A stretch of 64,000 bases of DNA from Octopus sinensis (GCF_006345805.1 NC_043011.1:7626001-7690000), one strand, 5' to 3'. Positions 1-10,570 are shown, numbered from the stretch's first letter. Notes: a model not told the origin generated them from the letters alone. Numbers and translations are program-made.

Positions 1-204
1 CACATTACGCTTTCTAATGAAACTATAAGATTTACTCAGGCACTCAACTATGAGTCCACAGCATCAAATACTAGAAACAGCTGTAAGGTAAAGAAATTCA
101 CAAGATAATCGTTTACTCTTTTCTCATATCTTTTCTTACTCCTCCCCCACCACACACATATATAAACACACACAATCTATGTGTGTGTGTGTGTTTGTGT
201 CTGA

Positions 205-375
205 ATTGTGCCTGTTGTAGTGTTTACATCCCCGTTAACTAGCGGTTCGGCAAGAGAGATCGACTGAACAAGTACCAATGTTACAAAAAGAAAAGTGCAG
301 AGGTCAATCCTTTCGACTATAAAAAATCTTCAAGGTGTGCCCCAGCATGACCAGTGACTGAAAGAGGTAAAAGAT
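205..375 (+). mobile_element. SINE family A, diverged 3' half
   Basis: gtttacatccccgttaactagcggttcggcaagagaga...ccccagcatgaccagtgactgaaagaggtaaaaga matches the 3' half of full copies at 2574-3034 and 6329-6742. Confidence 0.75.
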
Positions 376-406
376 CATATACGTATGTATGTGTGTGTGT
401 GTGTGT

Positions 407-652
407 TGTATCTGTAAAATAATATGTGACAATTATTCGGTTTCATGTCGGGGCGGAAATCAGCTCCGGCATCTCGTCAGTTGATTGTCTTAATAACCGA
501 CGAGATGCCGGAGCAGGTTTCCGCTCCGACATCCGAAATCTGTAGTTTTATTATGGCAACCGAATAATTGTCACATATTATATTACAGATAAATTCCTCT
601 ATTTACATAATATCGAGGTCTCATTGATTATTTGGTTGTCTTACCATTACTA

Positions 653-660
<8 letters not shown>
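407..660. mobile_element. Microsatellite-flanked palindromic mini-element H3 (nested inverted repeats, hammerhead-like core in each arm)
   Basis: Outer IR 409-442/558-591 (33/34 match); inner IR 445-482/495-532 (34/38); CYGACGA-stem-GAAA in both arms; flanked by (TG)n and (TA)n. Confidence 0.6.
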
Positions 661-688
<28 letters not shown>

Positions 689-696
689 CATATATA

Positions 697-908
697 TAAA
701 TGTGACCTCGTGTGTACCGTTGGCGATTTTTTTTTCCCTCTGTCTTCCCTTCTCGGGATCTTTCCTTCTCCTATGTTTCCGACGAAGAGCTCCGCTCGAA
801 ACGTTAAACCCTCCTTCTTCCCTTCTTTCCTGAGCTTCCAATAATACTATATTTGTTCCACGTCCTCGCGTTGTTTGTTTTTTTTTGTGTTTTCTTGCTT
901 GGATTAAC
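697..908 (+). mobile_element. (TA)n-flanked mini-element H2, copy 1 (Penelope-like end / retrozyme-like)
   Basis: Homologous to 28826-29030; carries hammerhead-like motif 775-809; TA repeats on both sides. Confidence 0.7.
775..809 (+). ncRNA. Putative minimal type-I hammerhead ribozyme (H2)
   Basis: GUUU|CCGACGA|A|GAGC-UCC-GCUC|GAA|ACGU|U|AAAC: stem I GUUU/AAAC, stem II 4 bp, palindromic ACGU stem III, NUH=GUU; core has C instead of U4. Confidence 0.55.
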
Positions 909-910
909 TT

Positions 911-959
<49 letters not shown>

Positions 960-964
960 CTATA

Positions 965-1189
965 CTTTATTTAAAGCAGCAGAAAATTCAACAAAACCTG
1001 TTACTCTGAGTTTCCCGTTGCCATTCATCGGACAGTTTTCGCTAGCAAAAACTCCCGATGAATGGCAACGGGAAACTCAGAGTAACAGGTTTTGTTGAAT
1101 TTTCTGCTGCTTTAAATAAAGCATATTACTCTACCACTGGTATTTGAGTACTCTTTTTTCCACCTTGTTTCACATTTGTGTTTACTCCG

Positions 1190-1192
<3 letters not shown>
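965..1192. mobile_element. (TA)n-flanked mini-element H1 with inverted 5'-truncated duplication (perfect 67-bp IR)
   Basis: 965-1031 is the exact reverse complement of 1055-1121; homologous to single copy at 29801-29953 (-). Confidence 0.75.
993..1039 (-). ncRNA. Putative type-I hammerhead (H1), weakened stem II
   Basis: Minus strand AAAACUGU|CCGAUGA|AUG-GCAA-CGG|GAA|ACUC-A-GAGU|A|ACAG-GUUUU. Confidence 0.45.
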
Positions 1193-1222
<30 letters not shown>

Positions 1223-1423
1223 GTCTTCTCTCGTAATTAAAAATGCTCATATATACGTGTGTATTATTTTTTTTGCATTGTCAGTCGTCCATAGATGAAA
1301 CCACATTTTCATGTCATAATTTTTCTTTCTGTGCAAAATCGTATCAGTTGGCTTCAAGTCCTCGTTGAACGGGTTTCATTTCAGAGACGACCTTCCCTTA
1401 GATTGATTGTGTTCATTACGACC

Positions 1424-1792
1424 GGAGGCGCAATGGTCCAGTGGTCAGGGCAGCGGACTCGCGGTCGTAGGATCGCGGTTTCGATTCCCAGACCGGGCGT
1501 TGTGAGTGTTTATTGAGCGAAAACACCTAAAGCTCCACGAGGCTCCGGCAGGGATGGTGGTGATCCCTGCTGTACTCTTTCTCTCACTCTTTCTTGCTAT
1601 TTCTGTTGTACCTGTATTTCAAAGGGCCGGCCTTGTCACTCTCTGTGTCACGCTGAATATCCCCGAGAACTACGTTAAGGGTACACGTGTCTGTGAAGTT
1701 CTCAGCCACTTACACGTTAATTTCACGAGCAGGCTGTTCCGTTAATTCGGATCAACCGGAACCCTCGTCGTCGTAACCGACGGAGTGCTTCC
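1424..1792 (+). mobile_element. tRNA-Arg-derived SINE family D, full length
   Basis: A-box tggtccagtgg (1434-1444), anticodon-like CTCGCGG (TCG, 1459-1461), B-box ggtttcgattccc (1477-1489); second copy at 59905-60252 (-). Possibly the described octopus OR-type SINE (not verified). Confidence 0.85.
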
Positions 1793-2026
1793 ATCTCATT
1801 ACGAGTGGTGACGGCCATTTACCCTTGACTATACTGGTTGACTGTTGACTCCCTTGAGCCCCTATACCCTTTGACGAGCCTTGTTGTCTGTTTTCTTCAC
1901 TCTGCGAGTTGTCCACACCAATTCCATTTCTCACTGAACAAGCTTGGTTCGGGTTACTGGTTTAGTCACCAACAACCCGAACAAGCAACAGGTTTTGCTC
2001 GGTCACGTGTTACCAGTAGCACAGTC

Positions 2027-2061
<35 letters not shown>

Positions 2062-2242
2062 GTGTGTGTGTGTGTTGTGTGTGTGTGTGTGTTTGTGTGT
2101 GGGTGTGCGTATTTTTTCTGTAGTTTCAGCTCAGAGCTGCGGCCATGCTGACGCACCGCCGTTTTGCTACACTGTTATTACCGAGCGCCTCCTCCAACAT
2201 GTGGCATTTGATGAAGAATGGAGTTTGATGTCTATTCTGTTA

Positions 2243-2455
2243 TTCTTTTATTCTTTTGTTTGTTTCAGTTATTTGATGGCGGTCATGCTGGAGCACCGCC
2301 TTTACTCGAACAAATCGACCGCAGGACTTTGTAAGCCTAGTACTTATTATATCGGGCTCTTATGCCTATCTGCTGTTAAGAGGACATAAACATACCAACA
2401 TCGGTTGTCAAGCGATGGTGGAGGGACAAACACAGATGCACAAATACGCACACAC
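2243..2455 (-). mobile_element. SINE family A, 3' half
   Basis: Reverse complement of family A tail (gtttcagt...catgctggagcaccgcc...ggttgtcaagcgat...ggacaaacacag). Confidence 0.8.
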
Positions 2456-2477
2456 AACACACACATTATATATATTA

Positions 2478-2573
<96 letters not shown>

Positions 2574-2576
<3 letters not shown>

Positions 2577-3034
2577 GGCATCGGAGTGGCTGTGGGTAAG
2601 TAGCTTGCTTACGTACGAACCACTCGGTTCCGGGTTCAGTTCCACTGCGTGGCACCTTGGGCAAGTGTCTTCTACTATAGACTCGGCCGACCAAAGCTTT
2701 GTGGGTGCATTTGGTAGACGGAAACTGAAAGAAGCTCGTCGATATACGTATATATATGTATATATAATATATGTATATGTATGTATATATGTATGTATGT
2801 ATGTATATATGTATGTTTGTGTATATGTTCGCGTGTCTGTATCTGTCCCCCCAACATCGCTTGACAACCGATGCTGGTGTGTTTACGTTCCCGTAACTTA
2901 GCGTTTCGGCAAAAGAGACCTATAGAATAAGTTCTAGGCTTACAAAGAATAAGTCCTGGGGGTCGATCTGCACGACTAAAGACGGTGCTCCAGCATGGCC
3001 ACAGTCAAAATTACTGAAACAAAAGAGTAAAGAG
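2574..3034 (+). mobile_element. SINE family A, full length (tRNA-like head, CORE-like motif, internal microsatellite)
   Basis: Head gagtggctgtgggtaag...ggttccgggttcagttcc; accttgggcaagt resembles the CORE-SINE motif; tail ...gactgaaacaaaagagtaaagag. Confidence 0.9.
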
Positions 3035-3284
3035 TATATATATATATATATGTATATATATGCATATATATATGCACACAGACGCATTTTCAATTTTATG
3101 TCACTTGATTATCAATAGTCGATTAATGATTAATGATTAATTCACCAACTAAACCATCGACTGCTTGATAATTCTTTTTATCAATCTGCGATGCCGATGC
3201 TTGGCCAATTCGTAATACACACACACACACAAATAAACACACACACGCACACGCATATACATACTAGAAATATATAGGCATGTA

Positions 3285-3451
3285 CGAGGGTGTATATATA
3301 GTTCCTGGCGTTGGATAAAAGAAAATACAGAAGGTTCAGTTAATTATGCGGTCCTTCAGTTTTTGTAAGCCCTAAGAGAACTCGGAAGGTTAAACCTCCA
3401 GCCAGGCCTTTACGATAACCTTAAAACCAAGAACTTTCCAGCATCCCACCG
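3285..3451 (-). mobile_element. Degenerate mariner-derived MITE
   Basis: TA|cgagggtg...agttcctggc left end and ccaagaactttccagcatcccaccg|TA right end are imperfect TIRs; minus strand encodes GLQKLKDR, like a mariner transposase C-terminus. Confidence 0.6.
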
Positions 3452-3513
3452 TATACAACTCGTTAACATATCCTAAACATATAACAGGTAGATATATATA
3501 TTTATACATACAC

Positions 3514-4060
3514 ATAGGCGCAGGAGTGGCTGTGTGGTAAGTAGCTTGTCTATCAACCATATGGTTCCAGGTCGATAGATAGATAGAAATATTCACATAT
3601 AGGCGCAGGAGTGGCTGTGTGGTAAGTAGCTTGTCTATCAACCATATGGTTCCAGGTTTAGTCCCACTGCGTGGCACCTTGAGCAAGTGTCTTCTACTAT
3701 AGCCTCGGGCCACCAAAGCTTGTGAGTGGATTTGGTAGACGGAAACTGAAAGAAGCCCGTCGTATTATGTATATATAATATATGCGTTGTGTGTTTGTGT
3801 GGTCGTGTGTTTGTCCCCGTAGCATTGCTTGACAACCGATGTTGGTGTGTTTATGTCCCCGTAACTTAGCGTAACTATCCCTAGCATGGATTGACAACCG
3901 ATGCTGGTGTGTTTATGTCCCCGTTACTTAGCGGTTCGGCAACAGAGACCGATAGAATAAGTACTGGGCTTACAAAAGAATAAGTCCCGGGGTCGATTTG
4001 CTCGATTAAAGGCGGTGCTCCAGCATGGCCACAGTCAAATGACTGAAACAAGTAAAAGAA
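3514..4060 (+). mobile_element. SINE family A with duplicated head and internal duplication
   Basis: Identical 59-nt heads at 3514-3572 and 3599-3657; 51-nt repeat at 3821-3871/3883-3933. Confidence 0.9.
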
Positions 4061-4225
4061 TACGTTTAAAAGAAATTCGCATATCTGTATTTATACACGT
4101 ACAAATAGATATATGTATATTTACTAAAATGTACACACACACACACAACAAATGTATATAATTATATAGTTGTATGAGCATAATGCATGTATATGAACGC
4201 ACGTGCATATGTACACACACACGCA

Positions 4226-4350
4226 TATATACGACGGGCTTCTTTCAGTTTCCTTCTACCAAATCCATTCACAAAGCCTGAGGCTATAGTAGAAGACTCT
4301 TGTCCGAGGTGCCACGCAGTGGGATTGAACCCGGAACCATGTGGTCGGGA
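4226..4350 (-). mobile_element. SINE family A, partial (5' body)
   Basis: acgacgggcttctttcagtttcc...gccacgcagtgggattgaacccggaaccatgtgg. Confidence 0.8.
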
Positions 4351-4467
4351 TGCATTTACCTGTATGTATGTATGTATGTATGTATGTATGTATGTATGTA
4401 TGCATACATGAACACACAAACAAGCTTACATATCTTCGACATGCTGCCTTCACATAAGTGCATAGTC

Positions 4468-4505
<38 letters not shown>

Positions 4506-4508
<3 letters not shown>

Positions 4509-4920
4509 TCCTTTACTCTTTTACTTGTTTCAGTCATTTGACTGCGGCCAAGCTGGAGCACCGCCTTTAGTCGAGCAAATCGACCCCGGGACTTATTCTT
4601 TGTAATCCCAGTACTTATTCTATCGGTCTCTTTTTGTCGAACCGCTAGGTGACGGGGGCGTAAACACACCAGCATCGGTTGTCCAGCAATGCTAGGGGGA
4701 CAAACACAGACACACAAACACACACACACATACATACATATATATACATATATACGACAGGCTTCTCTCAGTTTCCGTCTACCAAATCCACTCACAAGGC
4801 ATTGGTCGGCCTGGGGCTATAGCAGAAGACACTTACCCAAGATGCCACGCAGTGGGACTGAACCCGGACCCATGTGGCTGGTTAGCAAGCTACTTACCAC
4901 ACAGCCACTCCCGCGCCTAT
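4506..4920 (-). mobile_element. SINE family A, full length, young
   Basis: Complete reverse-complement copy; shares diagnostic bases with 42208-42618. Confidence 0.9.
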
Positions 4921-5224
4921 ATATGTATATTTCTATCTATCTATCAATTGATCGATCGATTTACATGTATTTGAATATGTAAAACAATTATGTTACGATT
5001 CTGTGTATATAAACATAGATTGTATATGTAAGTACAATCTCTCTCTCCTCTCTCTCTCTCTCTGTATATATATATATATTATATATATATATATATATAA
5101 TACATGTGAACATGTATGTATAAACTCTCGAGAGAAAGTGGGATCGTCTCTTTTTGGAAGTACACATAACGCTATAAAAATTAGTATGTAAATATTCAAA
5201 CTTCTTTTTGAATGGAAAAAGGGT

Positions 5225-5310
5225 TCAACCGCCATTGGGACTCGAAACCGTGTCTCCTGACAAGCAATTTTAAGTCTGACATGTAGCCTTCGCTATATTC
5301 TATCCTAACG
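5225..5310 (-). repeat. tRNA-like head of an unclassified repeat (related segment at ~14350-14420, +)
   Basis: gacacggtttcgagtcccaatggcggtt (-) resembles gacagggtttcgattcctgatagtagtt at ~14393-14420; B-box-like core. Confidence 0.35.
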
Positions 5311-5340
5311 GATTTTCCAATTTAATATTTACATGTTTTA

Positions 5341-5745
5341 AGGCGGCGAGCTGGCAGAAACGTTAGCACGCCGGGCGAAATACTTAGCAGTATTTCGTCT
5401 GTCTTTACGTTTTGAGTTCAAATTCCACCGAGGTCAGCTTTGCTTTTCATCCCTTTGGGGTCGATAAATTAAGTACCAGATGCGTGCTGGAGTCGATCTA
5501 ATCGACTGGCCCCCTTTCCATGTTTTTATAAGGTGGCGAGCTGGCAGAATCGTAAGCAGGTTGGGCAAAAACTTCACGGTAGATGGTCCGACTTCGTGTT
5601 CAGAGTTCAAATTTCACTGACGTCGATTTAGCTTTTCATGCATTCGAAGTTGATAAAACAAGTACCAGTTGAATATTGGGGTCGATGTAACAGACTTAAC
5701 TGTCCCTTAAAATAGCTGGCTTTGTGCAAAAATTTTAAGTCAATA
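5341..5745 (+). mobile_element. Two tandem SINE family B copies
   Basis: ggcggcgagctggcagaa(a/t)cg..., gagttcaaattcc B-box, ggggtcgataaattaagtaccag; starts at ~5341 and ~5530. Confidence 0.85.
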
Positions 5746-5859
5746 TTTATATACTGTCATTCATAGCTTTATATGTATTTTGGAAACCCCAAAGGAATTA
5801 TTTCATGGTTGTGTATATTTCTTAGGTACGGGTATTATGGATACGTATCTATGTACCTA

Positions 5860-6170
5860 CACACACGTACGTATGTATATATGCATAAAATACATATTCC
5901 TAGATATATTGTATAAACATTTGTATATATAATTATCACTTTTTAAATGTGTGTATGTATGTGTATATATATGTGTATATATATGTGTATATATATATAT
6001 GTGTGTGTGTGTGTGTATGTATATATATGTATATGTGCACATTCATATATACGTATACCATACATACATAAGGTATATATATAGATATATATATATATGA
6101 ATATATATACGTATATATACATATATATATATATAAGTATATATATATATATATATATTATATATACAAA
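5860..6170. repeat. Compound (TA)/(TG) microsatellite
   Basis: Direct inspection. Confidence 0.9.
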
Positions 6171-6328
6171 ATAAGAAAATGGAGAAATGTATCTAATCAT
6201 TCATCAACTATCAGATAATACCGAATCATATACATTATTTAAAATTAAACCTACACAGAGCATAAGATTAGACATAAATACAGTACAATATATATAGACA
6301 TACATACATATTATAATACAACATACAT

Positions 6329-6742
6329 AGCGCAGGAGTGGCTGTGTGGTAAGTAGCTTGTTTACGGACCACATGGTTCCGGGTTCAGTCCCACTGCGTG
6401 GCACCTTGGGCAATGTCTTCTTCTACTATAGCCTCGGGCCGACCAAGCCTTGTGAATGGATTTGGTAGACGGAACTGAAAGAAGCCCGTCGTATATATTA
6501 TATATATATATTATATAGTATAGTGTGTGTTTGTGTGTGTGTGTGTGTTTGTGTGTCTGTGTTTGTCCCCGTAGCATTGCTTACAACCGATATTGTTGTT
6601 TATGTCCCCGTAACTTAGCGTTTCGGCAAAAGAGTCCGATAGAATAAGTACTAGGCTACTACAGAATAAGTCCGGGGTCGATTTGCTCGATTAAAGGCGG
6701 TGCTCCAGCATGGCCGCAGTCAAATGACTGAAACAGTAAAGA
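6329..6742 (+). mobile_element. SINE family A, full length
   Basis: Head, CORE-like motif, internal (TA)/(TG) and tail all present. Confidence 0.9.
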
Positions 6743-6799
6743 ATATATATAATATATATATGTATATTATTACCTATCTATAGTAATAGACAAATAACA

Positions 6800-6852
6800 T
6801 ATATTGCACACGCACAACACTCACAAACACGCATATCACATTGTGTGTATAT

Positions 6853-6931
<79 letters not shown>

Positions 6932-7122
6932 TGTGTATGTGTGTGTGTGTATGTATATTATATATATACACATACATACTATTATATATACACATACATA
7001 TATACATACATATCTATATACATATACATAGATACATATTATATATATATATAAATATAAATATATAATATATATAAATATATACATACATACATATGTA
7101 TGTATGTATGTATATATGTATG

Positions 7123-7170
<48 letters not shown>

Positions 7171-8030
7171 AGAAGAGAGAGAGAGAGGGAGAGAGAGAGA
7201 GAGAGAGGGAGGGAGAGAGGGAGGAGAACGTAACAAACAGAAAGAGGGAGAAAACATACAAACATATACACAAATATGCATATATACACACATATATGTG
7301 CGCGTGGTGTGTGTATATTTGTGCCTAATCTTATACACACAAAATTATACTTACCCATAAGTAATTGAAGTTGGTAATGGGTGTATATAAATGTATATTT
7401 ACCAATTCAATTAATAAAAAATATATATATTTACATATAAAATGTGACACACACCTATATACACACATATACGTACGTATATATACATGTATGCACAATA
7501 TGCGTGTGTACATGCGCGTGCACGCTCAAGTGCATGCGTCTGAACATGCGTGTGTGTATCTCCGTACGTGTGTTTGTACGCATGTTTGCGCGGCGTACGT
7601 GCGTGCGTGCATATAAGCGCGTGTATGTGTGTGTGTGTATACATGTGCGTGTGTGTGTGTTTTCGTGTTTGTGTGTGCGCGCACATGCATACTTCTCAAA
7701 TCACTACAAATGTGGCGCGTTTGCGAATTTGTGTGTGTGTGTGTGTGTTGTGTGCGTGTGTGTGCGTGTGTGTGTGTGCGTGTTGTGTTTGTGTTTGTGT
7801 TTGTGTGTGTGTGTGATTGTTGTATGTGGTGTGTGTGTGTGTTTGTTTTGTTATTGTGTGTGTGTGGGTGTGTGCGTGAGTGGTGTTTGTGTGTGTATGC
7901 GTGTTGTGTGTGTGTGTGTGCGTGTGGTGTGTGTGCGGTGTGTGCGCGTGTGTGTGTTTGTGTGTGTTTGTGATTGTGTGTGCGTGTGTGTTTTTGTGTG
8001 TGCGCAGAATGGGAAAGTGTCGAGACGGAA
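6800..8030. repeat. Large compound microsatellite block (TA, TG, GA, TGCG)
   Basis: Direct inspection; source of many spurious ORFs. Confidence 0.9.
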
Positions 8031-8181
8031 CAGGAAAAAATATTGAAAAAAACAAACAAACAAACAAACAACATAAACACAAGGGCCAGAGCAAAAAAAA
8101 AAAAACTGCGGAAAAACAGCCCCAAAACAACAGCTAATATGAAATGCAAGTATGGGCGTAGACATCACTTAAGTTCTGTGC

Positions 8182-8362
8182 TGACGTCACAAAGGAAGCT
8201 TGACGCAAACCTGTGGTGAGAAGTGCACCAATGGCCAGTAGCCACGTCACAAAAGAGAGCTGAACGTAAGCAACAAAGGCTTTCTCGAAGGACGGCCGAC
8301 ATCGGCACTGGTTACTCAACACCTGTTATGCTGCCCCACACTTCACGGCTGGTTTATATAAT
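8182..8362. promoter_or_regulatory. Candidate cis-regulatory module (CRE sites, CCAAT, TATA-like)
   Basis: TGACGTCA 8182-8189, TGACGCAA 8201-8208, CCAAT 8228-8232, CACGTCA 8243-8249, TATATAA ~8354; unique sequence between microsatellites. Confidence 0.3.
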
Positions 8363-8689
8363 GATTATAATTACATCGTGCCGTTAAACACTTAATGGAG
8401 GCCTAGACCCGTGCCTGCTGTTCAGGGGTGGGAGATGATAGCGCTAGCCCTCCTCCTCCTCCTCCACTCCCTGCCCTCGGCAATTGAACATTTTAACGTA
8501 TTATTTTAAGAATACACACCCTCTTGCTTTTTTATGTTTGTTGTTGTGTTTTTTTTAAACTTTTTCGGCCATCTTACTTTTCTACTTAAAATTTTTTTTC
8601 TCCGTGGTTTTAATGTACGTATGTGGGTATGTCTGTATTTGTGTTTGTCTGTTTGTATATATTATAACGCACACCCACACACACACACA

Positions 8690-8691
8690 CT

Positions 8692-8732
<41 letters not shown>

Positions 8733-9027
8733 TATAATATATATATTGTATATATATGTATATATAATATATATATATATGTATGTATGTATTATATATG
8801 TATATGTATATAGCACACAAACATTTATAGACATGTATGTGTATATGTTTGTGTATAGTATACATATTATACATGATTTTATTTCTTAAATATTTTTCAG
8901 GATATATATTTTATATAATAAATGCTTTCAAATATGTATATATAGTTATTATTACGTATATCTATATATTAATACTGTATATTATATATATAATATATAT
9001 TTACATTTATATGATATATATTATTAC

Positions 9028-9085
<58 letters not shown>

Positions 9086-9352
9086 TATATGTATATATAT
9101 ATATGAGCATGCTTACATCACACTATATATATATATACATAAACATATATACCTAAATACATACATATGTACATACATACATACATACATACACACCATA
9201 CATACATACACACACATACATATATATCATACATACATACACACACATACACTCACATAATACATACATACATACATACATACATACATGCATACATACA
9301 TACATACATACATACATACATACATACATACAATATATATGCGTGATAATAA

Positions 9353-9409
<57 letters not shown>

Positions 9410-9420
9410 TCACGCATACA
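8690..9420. repeat. Compound (TA)/(TACA) microsatellite block
   Basis: Direct inspection. Confidence 0.9.
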
Positions 9421-10099
9421 CACACGTACATAAAAAAGTATAAATTGTTCCAGCCGTGATCATCCCGTCTCAGTCTTTATTTATACTACATAAATCCGGG
9501 GTAGCCTGTTTTTTCCGAAAGACGTTAGGGTGTAATAAGAAGTATACACCCAGCGAGCATGGCTTTGTAACGTGTAATATGTATTCACTAATTGTTTTTG
9601 ATCCCTGTGTAGTTTTAACCGTTGTACTGAAATTTGTTTGGAAAGTTTTGGAAGAAACGCGTAAAGTCTAAACCTAAAACCAGATGGTGGTTTCATGTGG
9701 GTCACTGTGAGGGGAACTGTGTAGCAGCCCCTCCGCCGGATTGCACTTCTTATTACATACACTTAATCCGTCGGTACCTTAAATAACACCACATGACATT
9801 TGGGTCCTTTTAGTAAAGTCCAGTCTATAAAGAGATATGTGGAGGATGGAGGAAAATTATTTGGCCTTGTCTGATGAAAACCTGAAACTGTCCTCAGTGT
9901 TGTTGTTTTCCGCTGACCAAGACTCACATATATAAATGTCAGAGCTGACTTGGTCTGTCATTAAAGTCTGTACTTCCTACAAGCCATTGTGAACATGGAT
10001 GGCCAGTAACAAACAGACAGGTCTCTGTGGTAGCCTAATTAAACGGTAAAGGTTACCAATATTACGATGCTACCATCATGAAGGGTTACAAACATGAAT

Positions 10100-10570
10100 A
10101 TGAAGCCCTCGCTCCCTATGGTCACTGCCGTCCACTTTAGGCTGTCTTTTCTGATTCTCTCCAGTTGAATTCTTGCTTTCTCAGCTCTATTTCAGTATCC
10201 CACCACCAGCTATTTTTAGGGTGTCCTCTCTTGCGCCTCCCTTGTGGGTGCAGGACGTGTAATGCAGGGTGTTGGTTTCCTTAACGCGTGACCCATCCAT
10301 CCTTTCAAATTTTCCTGCACTGCATCATATGTTTCCATGAGGAAATGCTTGCCTACCTCAGATCTTTGTGGTTCTAAATTGTTATCGATGCTTTTGTAAC
10401 CTTGCTAGCGTGTAGGCCCTATGAAAACCCATTTTTAACCCTGGGAAGAGATGTTCCACATGAATCTGGCCTCTATCTTTTGATCTGTCCAGCATGGGGG
10501 TCCTACCAGGAACTTGTGTCCCACTAGCATAGCTCTCAGGGTCACTAGGGCGCAACAAGTCACCATACTG
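10100..10570 (-). mobile_element. Internally deleted RTE-type LINE (5'UTR-like part joined to C-terminal coding end)
   Basis: Minus strand 10330-10100 gives WMGHALRKPTPCITR / PQGRRKRGHPKNSW, matching the RTE RT C-terminal WIGHxLRK...PQGKRKRGRP motif; 10560-10380 resembles RTE 5'UTRs from memory (ccctagtgaccctgagagctatgc...ccatgctggacagatcaaaagatagaggccaga). Confidence 0.7.

Noticed and set aside
1424-1500. Apparent tRNA-Arg gene (also 60175-60252)
   Set aside because: No acceptor stem or terminator; continues into the SINE D body
1938-1986. Resemblance to miR-100 (AACCCG) and miR-100* (CAAGCUUG)
   Set aside because: Only 6-8 nt match, in the wrong arms; the rest does not align
2347-4982. 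Recurrent ORFs with 'GYSRRHLPKVPRSGTEPGT' and 'RRASFSFRLPNP'
   Set aside because: Read-through of SINE family A, not a gene family
632-9431. Dozens of ORFs with IY/CV/HT/SL dipeptide runs (here and throughout the window)
   Set aside because: Translations of (TA)n, (TG)n, (CA)n, (TC)n and (TCTA)n microsatellites
9871-9892. CTGATGA...GAAACTGTC hammerhead-like words
   Set aside because: Stem II (AAACCT) and stem I cannot pair
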